Source: Bacteroidia bacterium
Lineage (GTDB): Bacteria; Bacteroidota; Bacteroidia; AKYH767-A; OLB10
DNA length: 64,000 bases
Assembly: GCA_023262505.1 (NCBI GenBank)
Contig: JALRAP010000002.1
Coordinates: forward strand, 415-64,414
Direction: 5' to 3'
Positions 48,662-57,900 of the stretch are shown here, piece by piece (the first letter of the stretch is position 1; each line of letters begins with the position of its first letter). The notes under the pieces are model-generated. The model made no database searches. It was not told where the DNA came from and worked only from the letters and a program-made list of their open reading frames with translations. A program made the translations under genes and the position numbers.

Positions 48662-49456
48662 ATGGATCTATTCAAATTAGGATTTTTAGACGTCAGGCTA
48701 CTCGACCTGATTGACATCCTATTGGTCGCATTCCTAATATACAAGTTATACGAGTTGATAAAGGGTGGCGTGGCGATGAATATCGTGATAGGCCTTTTGT
48801 CAATATATTTCATTTGGTGGCTTTGCGTGAATGCCTTGGAGATGCGCCTAATTGGAGCCGTTTTGGGACAATTCATCGGAGTTGGTGTAATTGCATTGAT
48901 CATAGTATTCCAGCAGGAGGTCCGACGATTTCTGATAATGTTGGGCACCAACAGTTTTCTTGCCAATAGCCGATTCGCACAAAAGCTTAAGAATTGGAGC
49001 ATTCAGACAGGTAAAGAAAATCAAACCGACATCTCGCCTATCGTCAAAGCCTGTGTGAACATGGGGAAAACAAAAACGGGTGCACTGATTGTAATATCCA
49101 GAAATACGGATTTGAAGTTTTTTGCCACCACAGGTGATTTGATGGAGGCTGAGGTTTCGAAGCGACTCATCGAAAGCATTTTTTTCAAGAACAGTCCAAT
49201 GCATGACGGAGCCATAATCATATCGGGTAACCGTATCAAAGCCGCCAGATGTGTATTGCCAGTTACCGATAATCCCGACATCCCTGCACAATATGGCATG
49301 AGGCACCGAGCCGGACTAGGCATTTCCGAGCAAACCGATGCGATTGCCGTGATTGTTTCCGAAGAAACAGGCCGCATTTCCATCGCCATAGATGGAGAGC
49401 TGAAACCCGATATCAGCGCCGAGGAGCTGCAATCGGTTTTGGAAAAGGAATTATGA
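48662..49456 (+). CDS. cdaA: Diadenylate cyclase CdaA (membrane-anchored DAC domain)
   Basis: 264 aa. There are three N-terminal TM helices. DAC motifs are present: GALIVISRNTD, MHDGAIIISGNRIKAARCVLP (DGA) and GMRHRAGLGISEQTDAIAVIVSEETG (RHR). Confidence 0.85.
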   Translation: MDLFKLGFLDVRLLDLIDILLVAFLIYKLYELIKGGVAMNIVIGLLSIYFIWWLCVNALEMRLIGAVLGQFIGVGVIALIIVFQQEVRRFLIMLGTNSFLANSRFAQKLKNWSIQTGKENQTDISPIVKACVNMGKTKTGALIVISRNTDLKFFATTGDLMEAEVSKRLIESIFFKNSPMHDGAIIISGNRIKAARCVLPVTDNPDIPAQYGMRHRAGLGISEQTDAIAVIVSEETGRISIAIDGELKPDISAEELQSVLEKEL

Positions 49457-51379
49457 TCTTGGTCTCAAAGCAGGGTTAAGCGAATATGCTTTTTCAAAAT
49501 ATAAGGCCGCATTTCTTTCATCACCTTTGAATCGGTAGGTAGTCCCCAAAGAATTTAAGATTTGGGCATTATCGGGATCCAGTTCAGCAGCTTTCAACAA
49601 ATGGACCAATGCCTGGTCATATTGCTGAAGAACGCCATAGGTACTACCTAAATTCGACTGGCCATCGGCATAGTTTGGATCTAACTCAACTGCCCTTTTA
49701 AACAATTCCAAGGCCTTGGCGTAATCCTGTTGTATAAAATAAATAGTGCCTAGGTTATTTTGTATGGTGTGGTTTCGCGGAGAAAGTGTCAACGCCTTTT
49801 CATAGCAAACACGAGCACTGTCATTCATCCCAAGATTGTAGTAGGCAACGCCTAATTGAAGATGGGCGTCAGAGAACCTATCATAAATTTGAATGGAACG
49901 TTGTAAATACCCTATTGCCCTTTTAAGAATTTTCGTCTTTTCTTCAGCGCTTTTACCCTCCCAAGCTTCCTTTTTCACCAAATAATTACCCATATAATAT
50001 TGCGTCCGGGTACTGTTTGGCGACAATTCAACATCGTTTGAGTATAGTGAGAAATTGTCTTTCCAAACGGGATTTCGTGCAATTGTTTTGACGGACCCCA
50101 AAAGTACAAGGGGCAATAAAATCATGAGGGACATTGACATGGCTTTGCCCTTGGGCCAACCTTGAGAGGATATGCCAGCAAACTTGGAGATACCGTAAGC
50201 AAGTGCCAAACAAACAGCGAGTGAAGGAGTGTACAAGAAACGTTCACCGAAAGAGGAACCTGTTTTGATAAAAATATTGGATGAAACGGACATAGTAACA
50301 AAAAAGAAGAGGATGGAAAAAGCGAATGGATCACGCCTTTTGAATCCAATGAATGCAAAAGCTAACATTCCAATGATGGCCAACGCCGAAAGTAGAAAGC
50401 TAGGGTCTGAAATACCTACCAATGGTATTTGGTTATAGGAATAATCGAATACAAGTGGATGAGGCAATAAAAGTTTCTGGATGTAGAGCCCAAAAATGGA
50501 AATCGCGGTGCAGAAAAACTCCACTTGATCCTTGGCTGCCATCAACAGGTTGTCTGCAACATTCGGTTTACCCAAGGTATTGACTCCTCCCAGCACATTA
50601 GACCTAATCAACAGAAATACAATTACTGCCATCAGAGCGGGCATCACGCCCTGTATGGTTTTTTGAAATGAAACATTTTTTTTGAAAAACCATCCAGCTA
50701 AGGGAAGCACAGCTAAAAAGGTAATAGCCGATTCCTTCGACCCCATCGCTAAAAACATGAATATTGCTGAAAATGCTGATGACAACCATGCCCGATTCTC
50801 CAACGATTTCAAATAGTGATCAAGCGCAAGCATGCAAAATAGGAATGCTAAAATCTCATCCCTGCTTTTGATGTTTGCAACCACTTCGGTGTGTATGGGA
50901 TGACAAGCGAACAATAGAGAAGCCATGAATGGGATCATCAGACTACCGCCAGTCATTTTAAATAAAACACGGAATAAGACAAGACCTGATAAGGCAAATA
51001 AAATAACATTGATCCAATGACCCAAGGCAGGCTTTCCTCCACCCCACTCCCATTCCGCGGCAAGCATTATACGAACAACAGGACGATAAAGTCCATCTGT
51101 CGCCATGTAATATCCGTACCTATAACTGTTGGATAAGATTTCGGGAATGCCGTCTAAGCCTTTTTGAGTAACCCTATTCTCCAAAATGAGCGAATAATCA
51201 TCCAATACATATTTGTGACCAAGTGTATTGGCATACAAGACGAACGAAACAACAGCAACCAAAATAGCAGGAAGCCAAGGCACCTTGTAGCCGTTCTGCA
51301 ATTCAGAAATCGGTTTATTGATTAAGGTCTCGCGTTGAATTCGCTGCTTTTCGCGTTTTGAGAGTTTTGATGTTTCCAT
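49451..51379 (-). CDS. Polytopic membrane protein with C-terminal TPR repeats, TMTC-like / DUF1736 GT-C-fold putative protein O-glycosyltransferase
   Basis: 642 aa. ATG at complement(51377..51379). The N-terminal region ...VLYANTLGHKYVLDDYSLILEN...LYRPVVRIMLAAEW is typical of TMTC/PMT-like DUF1736 proteins (first-loop DD/DE motif). About ten TM helices are followed by three or more TPR units (QLGVAYYNLGMNDSAR.., ALELFKRAVELDPNYADG.., ALVHLLKAAELDPDNAQ). Confidence 0.6.
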   Translation of the reverse strand: METSKLSKREKQRIQRETLINKPISELQNGYKVPWLPAILVAVVSFVLYANTLGHKYVLDDYSLILENRVTQKGLDGIPEILSNSYRYGYYMATDGLYRPVVRIMLAAEWEWGGGKPALGHWINVILFALSGLVLFRVLFKMTGGSLMIPFMASLLFACHPIHTEVVANIKSRDEILAFLFCMLALDHYLKSLENRAWLSSAFSAIFMFLAMGSKESAITFLAVLPLAGWFFKKNVSFQKTIQGVMPALMAVIVFLLIRSNVLGGVNTLGKPNVADNLLMAAKDQVEFFCTAISIFGLYIQKLLLPHPLVFDYSYNQIPLVGISDPSFLLSALAIIGMLAFAFIGFKRRDPFAFSILFFFVTMSVSSNIFIKTGSSFGERFLYTPSLAVCLALAYGISKFAGISSQGWPKGKAMSMSLMILLPLVLLGSVKTIARNPVWKDNFSLYSNDVELSPNSTRTQYYMGNYLVKKEAWEGKSAEEKTKILKRAIGYLQRSIQIYDRFSDAHLQLGVAYYNLGMNDSARVCYEKALTLSPRNHTIQNNLGTIYFIQQDYAKALELFKRAVELDPNYADGQSNLGSTYGVLQQYDQALVHLLKAAELDPDNAQILNSLGTTYRFKGDERNAALYFEKAYSLNPALRPRS

Positions 51380-51401
51380 TTCAAAAGGCGTATGTAGCAG
51401 T

Positions 51402-51938
51402 TTATTTTGATGCAGTGGTATCGCTTGCAGAGATTTCCTGCAGCAGTTGTTCAGGTGATTTGCCTAGGTTGTTCAATGAAAAACTGACATCACCCGCCAA
51501 CTCATGGTTGGGGTATTCCTTCAGGAATTCACGATAACAGGACTCTGCAGTCTTGAAATCACCCATTTGGGTTTCCGAAACAAATCCCTTCAAGAATAAT
51601 GCCTTGGGAGCATCAACGTGTTTTGGATAATCTCGATGAAGCTGGTCTAGTAATTTAATGGCAGCTGGTAAATCAGCCTGCTGGGCGGCAAGATTAGCAC
51701 CCCTGAAAAGGTAAACAGGGCTCAGTGTGTCATCCGGAAAAGCTTTCACAAATTCCGTGTATTGCTTTATGGCATTTGCTGCTGAAACCGAATCGGGCAA
51801 AGAGCCGTCGGGGCTCTTAAGCGCTTTTTCCATTTCGGAAATTTCATTTTTTCGCTCTTCAGCGGAAGGTCCGCATGATACCAAAAACAAGGTAAAAAGG
51901 ATTGTTGAGAAACAAATTAGTTGGGACTTGAAATACAT
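51402..51938 (-). CDS. TPR-like lipoprotein
   Basis: 178 aa. Lipoprotein signal MYFKSQLICFSTILFTLFLVSCG. TPR-like helices are present (AESCYREFLKEYPNHELAGD). It is co-directional with, and 22 bp upstream of, the TMTC-like gene. Confidence 0.55.
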   Translation of the reverse strand: MYFKSQLICFSTILFTLFLVSCGPSAEERKNEISEMEKALKSPDGSLPDSVSAANAIKQYTEFVKAFPDDTLSPVYLFRGANLAAQQADLPAAIKLLDQLHRDYPKHVDAPKALFLKGFVSETQMGDFKTAESCYREFLKEYPNHELAGDVSFSLNNLGKSPEQLLQEISASDTTASK

Positions 51939-51952
51939 ATTCGATGATATTT

Positions 51953-52762
51953 TTAGAATGGAGAACCAGGTTCAGATGACATGTGTTTGAAAACTAATTT
52001 ATCGGATAAAGATGGGAAAAAACGGCCCAACCAAACAGCAAGCTTTCCTTGTTTAGTTAGCATCAAATCACGTTTGCGAGTTGCCACTGCTCGGAAAATG
52101 TGATCCGCTACTTGTTCGGCTGTCATCATTTTTTTTTCGTCTCGAGGGGATTCCGATTGGGTAGATCCATCAGGACCTAGTGCCGATCCACGGATAGATG
52201 ATTCAGTAAATCCTGGACAGGCTACTAACACGTGTAAACCCTTTTTCAAATTCTCTGTGCGCACAGACTGCAGGAATCCTTCCATTGCGAATTTGGATGC
52301 AGAATAACCAGTTCTTCCGGGCAATCCGTTTTTTCCAGCAATCGATGAAACGCCTACCACCGAGCCTTTGGAATTCAAAAGGTATGGAAGCGCATATTTG
52401 GTGCAATAAACCGTTCCCCAGAAGTTAATGTCCATCACTTTTCTGATAACATCCAACTGCAAATCGTTTAGAATGGCCCGCATGGATATTCCAGCGTTAT
52501 TGATCAAGATGTCAATGCCACCAAAACGTTTGACGGTTTCCTGTACAAGGTCACGGCATTCCGATTCACTCGAAACATCGGATTCGATACACAAACATGA
52601 TATGCCACATTTTTCCAATTCGGATTTAATGGCCGACAAGCGATCTACGTTTCGACCATTCAATGCCACATTGTAGCCAGAACGGGCAAATCGGAGCGCA
52701 AGGGCTCGACCGATTCCCGAAGTTCCACCGGTTATTAAAACAGTTTTGGGTGTTGTTTGCAT
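51953..52762 (-). CDS. SDR-family short-chain dehydrogenase/reductase
   Basis: ATG at complement(52760..52762) gives MQTTPKTVLITGGTSGIGRALALRFA, the TGxxxGxG Rossmann motif. NNAG and the catalytic YSASK (Y-x3-K) are present. The track start at 52846 would add a 28-aa leader, which is implausible. Confidence 0.8.
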   Translation of the reverse strand: MQTTPKTVLITGGTSGIGRALALRFARSGYNVALNGRNVDRLSAIKSELEKCGISCLCIESDVSSESECRDLVQETVKRFGGIDILINNAGISMRAILNDLQLDVIRKVMDINFWGTVYCTKYALPYLLNSKGSVVGVSSIAGKNGLPGRTGYSASKFAMEGFLQSVRTENLKKGLHVLVACPGFTESSIRGSALGPDGSTQSESPRDEKKMMTAEQVADHIFRAVATRKRDLMLTKQGKLAVWLGRFFPSLSDKLVFKHMSSEPGSPF

Positions 52763-52808
52763 AATCGTAAGTCTCACAAATTTAGCAAAATATGATACTT
52801 TAGCAGCA

Positions 52809-53969
52809 ATGAAACTGATTGAAGTAAATACGCCGGACTTGGCCAAGCAATTTTTGGGAATCCCCCTTGTTATTTACAAAGATGACCCTGAATGGATCAG
52901 GCCACTGGATAAAGATATAGAACAAGTTTTTGACCCGAAAACCAATAAGGCTTTTCGCCATGGCGAATTAACAAGGTGGATATTGTTGGATGAAAGTGAC
53001 AACGCTATCGGCAGAATTGCAGCATTTGTAAATCGGAAAACAGCAGATAAAAACGACCAGCCCACGGGCGGACTTGGCTTTTTTGAGTGTATTGATAACA
53101 CAATGGCCTCAACCATATTGTTCGACCAAGGCATTGAATGGCTCAAATCCAAAGGCATGGAGGCTGCGGATGGTCCAATAAATTTTGGCGAGCGCGACCG
53201 TTGGTGGGGACTGTTGGTAGATGGTTTTTACGAGCCGGTTTATTGTATGAATTATAATCCTCCCTACTACCAGAAGTTGTTCGAATCATACGGCTTTCAG
53301 ACTTATTATGAGCAGCATTGCTTTGCACTGAAACCAAATGATGAGTTAGATCCCAAATTCAAGGAAGCTCATGATCGATTGATGGCTGATGGCAATTACA
53401 ATGCAGAGCATATACGTAAGAATGATCTTGCTAAATATGCAGCAGATTTCACAGCTATTTACAACAAAGCTTGGGCCAAGCATGGTGGTGGAAAAACGCT
53501 GACCAATGAGCAAACGCTCAGCATGTTCAAAAAGATGAAGCCGGTTCTAGAGGAGGAGTTGATTTGGTTTGTATATCACAAGGGTGAACCAATCGGGGCT
53601 TGGTTGAATTTACCCGAATTGAACCAATACTTTAAACACATGGATGGTAAGTTCGGACTTCTCCAAAAACTGCGCTTTTTGTGGATGAAGCTCACTGGCT
53701 CATGTCATAAATTCTATGGAATTGTTTTCGGTGTGATTCCTGAATTTCAAGGAAAAGGAGTTGACGGGTTGATGATTTGGGCTGGAGCGCAAAAAATCAT
53801 CAGCTTGAATAAATATGATTTCATGGAGCTTCAATGGATAGGAGATTTTAACCCTAAAATGATTTCTATTGCGCGTTCCTTGGGTGCAAAGAAATGCAGA
53901 ACGCTAATCACCTACCGTAAACTATTCGATTCCAATAAGGTGTATAAAAGACACCCGGTTTTGACTTGA
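52809..53969 (+). CDS. GNAT-fold acyltransferase-like protein of unknown specificity (about 387 aa, FemAB/BioF2-like size class)
   Basis: ATG at 52809 gives MKLIEVNTPD. The C-terminal region has a GNAT motif-A-like segment, FGVIPEFQGKGVDGLMIWAGAQ (Q/R-x-x-G-x-G/A). It is roughly double the length of a single GNAT domain. The function is not determinable from sequence. Confidence 0.4.
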   Translation: MKLIEVNTPDLAKQFLGIPLVIYKDDPEWIRPLDKDIEQVFDPKTNKAFRHGELTRWILLDESDNAIGRIAAFVNRKTADKNDQPTGGLGFFECIDNTMASTILFDQGIEWLKSKGMEAADGPINFGERDRWWGLLVDGFYEPVYCMNYNPPYYQKLFESYGFQTYYEQHCFALKPNDELDPKFKEAHDRLMADGNYNAEHIRKNDLAKYAADFTAIYNKAWAKHGGGKTLTNEQTLSMFKKMKPVLEEELIWFVYHKGEPIGAWLNLPELNQYFKHMDGKFGLLQKLRFLWMKLTGSCHKFYGIVFGVIPEFQGKGVDGLMIWAGAQKIISLNKYDFMELQWIGDFNPKMISIARSLGAKKCRTLITYRKLFDSNKVYKRHPVLT

Positions 53970-54070
53970 TTCAACAGCTGTTGAAAAAATGGGGGCTTTC
54001 AATTTGAATTAGTCACAATTGTTCCTATTTTTGCAGCCTCAATTCCGATTCTCTTGAATCTGAATGGTTC

Positions 54071-54143
54071 GATTCCGTAGCTCAGTTGGTAGAGCATTAC
54101 ACTTTTAATGTAGTGGTCCTGGGTTCGAGTCCCAGCGGGATCA
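54071..54143 (+). tRNA. tRNA-Lys (anticodon UUU)
   Basis: Cloverleaf drawn by hand. The acceptor stem is GATTCCG/CGGGATC (with one G-U pair). U8 is present, the D-arm is GCTC-AGTTGGTA-GAGC, the anticodon stem is TTACA/TGTAG with loop CTTTTAA (UUU at positions 34-36), and the T-arm is CTGGG-TTCGAGT-CCCAG. It is 73 nt with no encoded CCA. Confidence 0.85.
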
Positions 54144-54150
54144 CAGAGTA

Positions 54151-54190
54151 AAACAAAAAAGGCCCCCATTTGGAGGCCTTTTTTTTATTT
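54151..54190. terminator. Bidirectional terminator shared by tRNA-Lys (+) and the DinB-like gene (-)
   Basis: AAACAAAAAA-GGCCCCC-attt-GGAGGCC-TTTTTTTTATTTT: a GC-rich hairpin with an A-tract on one side and a T-tract on the other. Confidence 0.55.
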
Positions 54191-54200
54191 TACTTCGGAA

Positions 54201-54683
54201 TCAAATTGTATCTGCGCTATATCCGTAAACGGCCGGGTTCTTCCCACCCATTGGTCGAATATATGAGGAGAGTTGACCGCGATGGTGAATGACATCAAAA
54301 AAGAAAAACCAGATCATTTGGGAACGAGGTATTGTCAAAAAGGAATTTCCGTTGATTTTCAACTCAACCGGTTGAGAATCCCAATCTGATTCGGATGCCA
54401 TTGTTAAAGATTGGTTCACCGCATCCGCTAAGATGCCAAACTGCTTTCCGGCATCCTCAGGATTTTCAAATTTGAAAGTCAGTGTTTCGTCTACCTGATT
54501 ACTTTCCAAAATCACCTTAAAATCAACCATGTGCCCTAAGATATGCTCGGCAATTTCATAAGCACTTCGATTCACTGGATGAGGTCTGTAAGCAAGTTGG
54601 TCTGCAGGAATCGACTCCAAAATGGCACGAGTGGCATTCAATTCGTTGTTGAAACAAGCTTTGAAGAATTCTAAATTAGTCAT
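54201..54683 (-). CDS. DinB/YfiT-family (DinB_2) four-helix-bundle metalloprotein
   Basis: 160 aa. It shows the His-triad pattern of the DinB_2 fold: AEHILGH early in the protein and DVIHHRGQLSSY in the C-terminal helix. Confidence 0.65.
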   Translation of the reverse strand: MTNLEFFKACFNNELNATRAILESIPADQLAYRPHPVNRSAYEIAEHILGHMVDFKVILESNQVDETLTFKFENPEDAGKQFGILADAVNQSLTMASESDWDSQPVELKINGNSFLTIPRSQMIWFFFFDVIHHRGQLSSYIRPMGGKNPAVYGYSADTI

Positions 54684-54939
54684 GATGCAAGGTGTTTAAT
54701 ATTAAATAAGGTCAAATTATAATGATAATAAATTGACAAACAGTTTATTGCAATTACCGTACTGTTCGTTATTTAATTATTCAAAGTTGCAATAAATTAG
54801 CCTAAAAAGTAAATTTAAAGCCACACAACTGATTAACTTTATTGCCTGAATTTGAATTGCCTTGGGCATTTTTATATTATTGTGTTAATAGTTTACTTCC
54901 GTCGATTGCAGACCGTTGTTGGTGTAGTTTGAAAATTAT

Positions 54940-57900
54940 ATGGTGCGGCCTCAAGATTCCAATACAGAACTAACCGTTTCGAGCCTAAAGGACCAGGCCG
55001 TTTTTGCTGACTTGTTCAACAATGGCCCGTTCAGCTATTACATCATGGATGTGGAAATGAAAACGATCCAGATGAGTCAAGCGGCCAAGAATCTGACCGG
55101 TTTTGATTCAGAAGATGCATCTGTTTTCCATTCCAATATTGAAAATAGCGGGACGAATCTGCATAAAGACGTATTGCAATCGGCTACCATCACCAAAGGC
55201 CATTTCAAAACATCATATCGTTACAAAAAACCCGACGGCAGTGTTGTCGTCTTGGATGAAAAAGGAACGGTGCTGACTGATGACACCCATCGGGCGATAG
55301 GTTTTGTATGTGTCATTACTGATATCACTCTTCAAGAAAAACTTAAAGAGGATTTCCAAGCGGCATTAGCCATGGCTAAGTTTCCTTTGGAAAACCCTAG
55401 TCCTGTATTCAGGGTTGATAAATCAGGAAAACTGCTTTTTGCCAACAAATCCTCTGTAGATATGCTTCAAGCTATTGGATTGTCTGCCGGTATCATCACC
55501 GACAAGATATTCCTGAGCGCGCTAAGCGATTGTATGTCTTCCGGAGAAACCCGGGAAGTTTCCAAAAAAACTAGTCAAGACAAGGTTTATAGGCTTTCAT
55601 TGGTGCCACAGCAATCAGCCTATGCCAATGTGTACACGGCCGACATAACTGATTCTTTGAAGCTGCAAGATGAATTGCAAGACCGGTTATCCGATTTGAC
55701 TACAATTCTTGATAGTACAGACGAGTTGGTGCTGCTATTGAATACAGATCTCAGCATCAGATCAAGCAACAACACTTATTTACAAAACATATCCAAGGCA
55801 TTTGCCGCTGAGTTTTCGGAAGGAACATCCATCAAAACGTTAGAGCGGTTACAATTTTACCCTGAATTGGAACAATCGATTTCCGCATCCTTTGAAGATG
55901 GCTCTATTGGAAAAATTGATGTTTCAATTCCACAGGGCACGACACTAGAGGAAGAATATTTCTCAATCAACATAAATCCAATCCGAAAACGAGGCAGCAA
56001 TGTCATTTCCGGAGTATGCCTGCGGATAAAGGATGTTACCAAGGAAAAACGTAATCTAGAAGCCATTCAAAAGCAAAAGCTTTTTTATGAAACAATTTTG
56101 GATAACCTTCCGGCCGATATAGCTATTTTCAGCAAAGACCACCGGTATCTGTATGTGAATCCAGCTGGAATCAGAGATAAAAACCTGAGGCAATGGATTA
56201 TTAGCAAAACTGATTATGAATATTGCGAGTTCAGAAATATAGATACTCGAATTGCTGACGAGCGGAGCAAGTTATTTCAAGAAGTAATAGCATCAGGAAA
56301 AGAAAATGAAATTGAGACTTTTCATATTACAAAGGATGGGACCACCAAACACATTCTTCGTAAGTTTTATCCTGTTTATGAAAATGGTGAGTTTAAGCTT
56401 ATGATTGGTTATGGTGTGGACATCACTCAAATTAAAGAATCCCAAAGTAAGCTCCAGAAGAATGAAAACCGATATAGGGCATTATTTGAAAGCAATCCAC
56501 TCCCAGTTATTGTAATCGATTTGAACGGGATTATAATTTCCACAAACAGCGCATTGCTCAAAGAGACCGGACATAATCCAACAGAAATAATTGGACAACA
56601 TATTGGATTATTGCTTTCCGAAAAAGGGAAAAATGCTTTCCCAGATTGGTTTTCATCCTTTGTCAAGGATCCCGAGACCAAATATCAAAGTGAAATCAAA
56701 GTTAGAAACGCCAAAGGCGCCTTGCTTGATTTCGAAATCACCATCAAGAAGTTCGATTTTGGAGAACAAAATTCTCAAATCCTAATAGTGGCGAGCAACA
56801 TAACCGAGCGGAAGAAAAATGCCACGTTGCTTGAAGAGAGTGAGCGTCTCAATAGAAGACTGTTGCAGGAACTTCCTGTTTCAGTAATCACCATGGTTGA
56901 AGGAAAGCTCACCCATATCAACAATGCATTTTTCGAGATGTTAGGATTTGAGCCATTCGAGGTCATAGAGTGTCCGTTTGTAGATTTTGTTCATCCGGAT
57001 GATCGTTACCTTGTTGAAAAATACAACTTTGAGCTCTTTACAGGAACGGATACCGTAGAGTACCGTGTTCGTATGAATTCCAAGTCCGGAGAAATTAGAA
57101 CTGTGGATATTCGAGAAACGCTGTTCGATTTGAAATCAAATATGGTTACCTTGGCATTGATTACCGATGTGACCGAAAAAGTGGCGGTTGAAAACAAAAA
57201 CAAGGAAATCGAGGAACGCACCAAATTGATAATCGAAGCGGCCTGGGACGGAATTGTATTAACCGATAGCCAGCTGCGGATTGTAGATTGGAATTCGAAA
57301 TCAGCAGAAATCTTTCAATGGGGAGATAGATTGCTATCTGGGGTGGAGTTGAATCAATTCTTCGAAAACAATAACAAAGAGCATTTACTCAGGGAAGGCC
57401 TTTATGAAACTTCAGGAATGCGTTCGAACGGTTCGATTTTCCCATCCGAAATATTCACCGCAAGACTTTTTTCAGGTGAGAAAGATTTGTTGGTTTTCTA
57501 CATCCGCGATATTACCGAACGTGTTGAGGTGATGAAGCAATTGCGTGATTCAGAAAGAGTTGAACAGATCCTGAATCTATACAATGCGGAAATATACCTG
57601 TTGGACAATCAGGTTGATGTACTCAACAAAATGATTGCCACCTTCCACTCCATTTGTGATTTGTGCCACATAACAGTGTTCGAAGTAGATGAGAATGGAA
57701 ATGCAATTAAACGTATCAATGGTGTTGGAGAAGAGTTCAGATTGCCTATTTGGAACGAAATCATGCTCATTCCATCCCAGCAAACCGAGATTGTGGAGCA
57801 GGCGCAATCATCGTGTAGCATGGTCATAAGAACAGGCGTTGAAAATGGCATGGAGAAATCTGATCTGGCTATTCCTCTAACAATCCACAACCAAACCCAT

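Noticed and set aside
52746-52808. Upstream extension of the GNAT-like ORF (track start at 52746) and of the SDR ORF (track start 52846)
   Set aside because: Both extensions would start at non-ATG codons, overlap each other divergently, and add leaders lacking protein-like sequence. The ATG starts at 52809 (+) and 52762 (-) sit immediately before recognisable N-terminal motifs.
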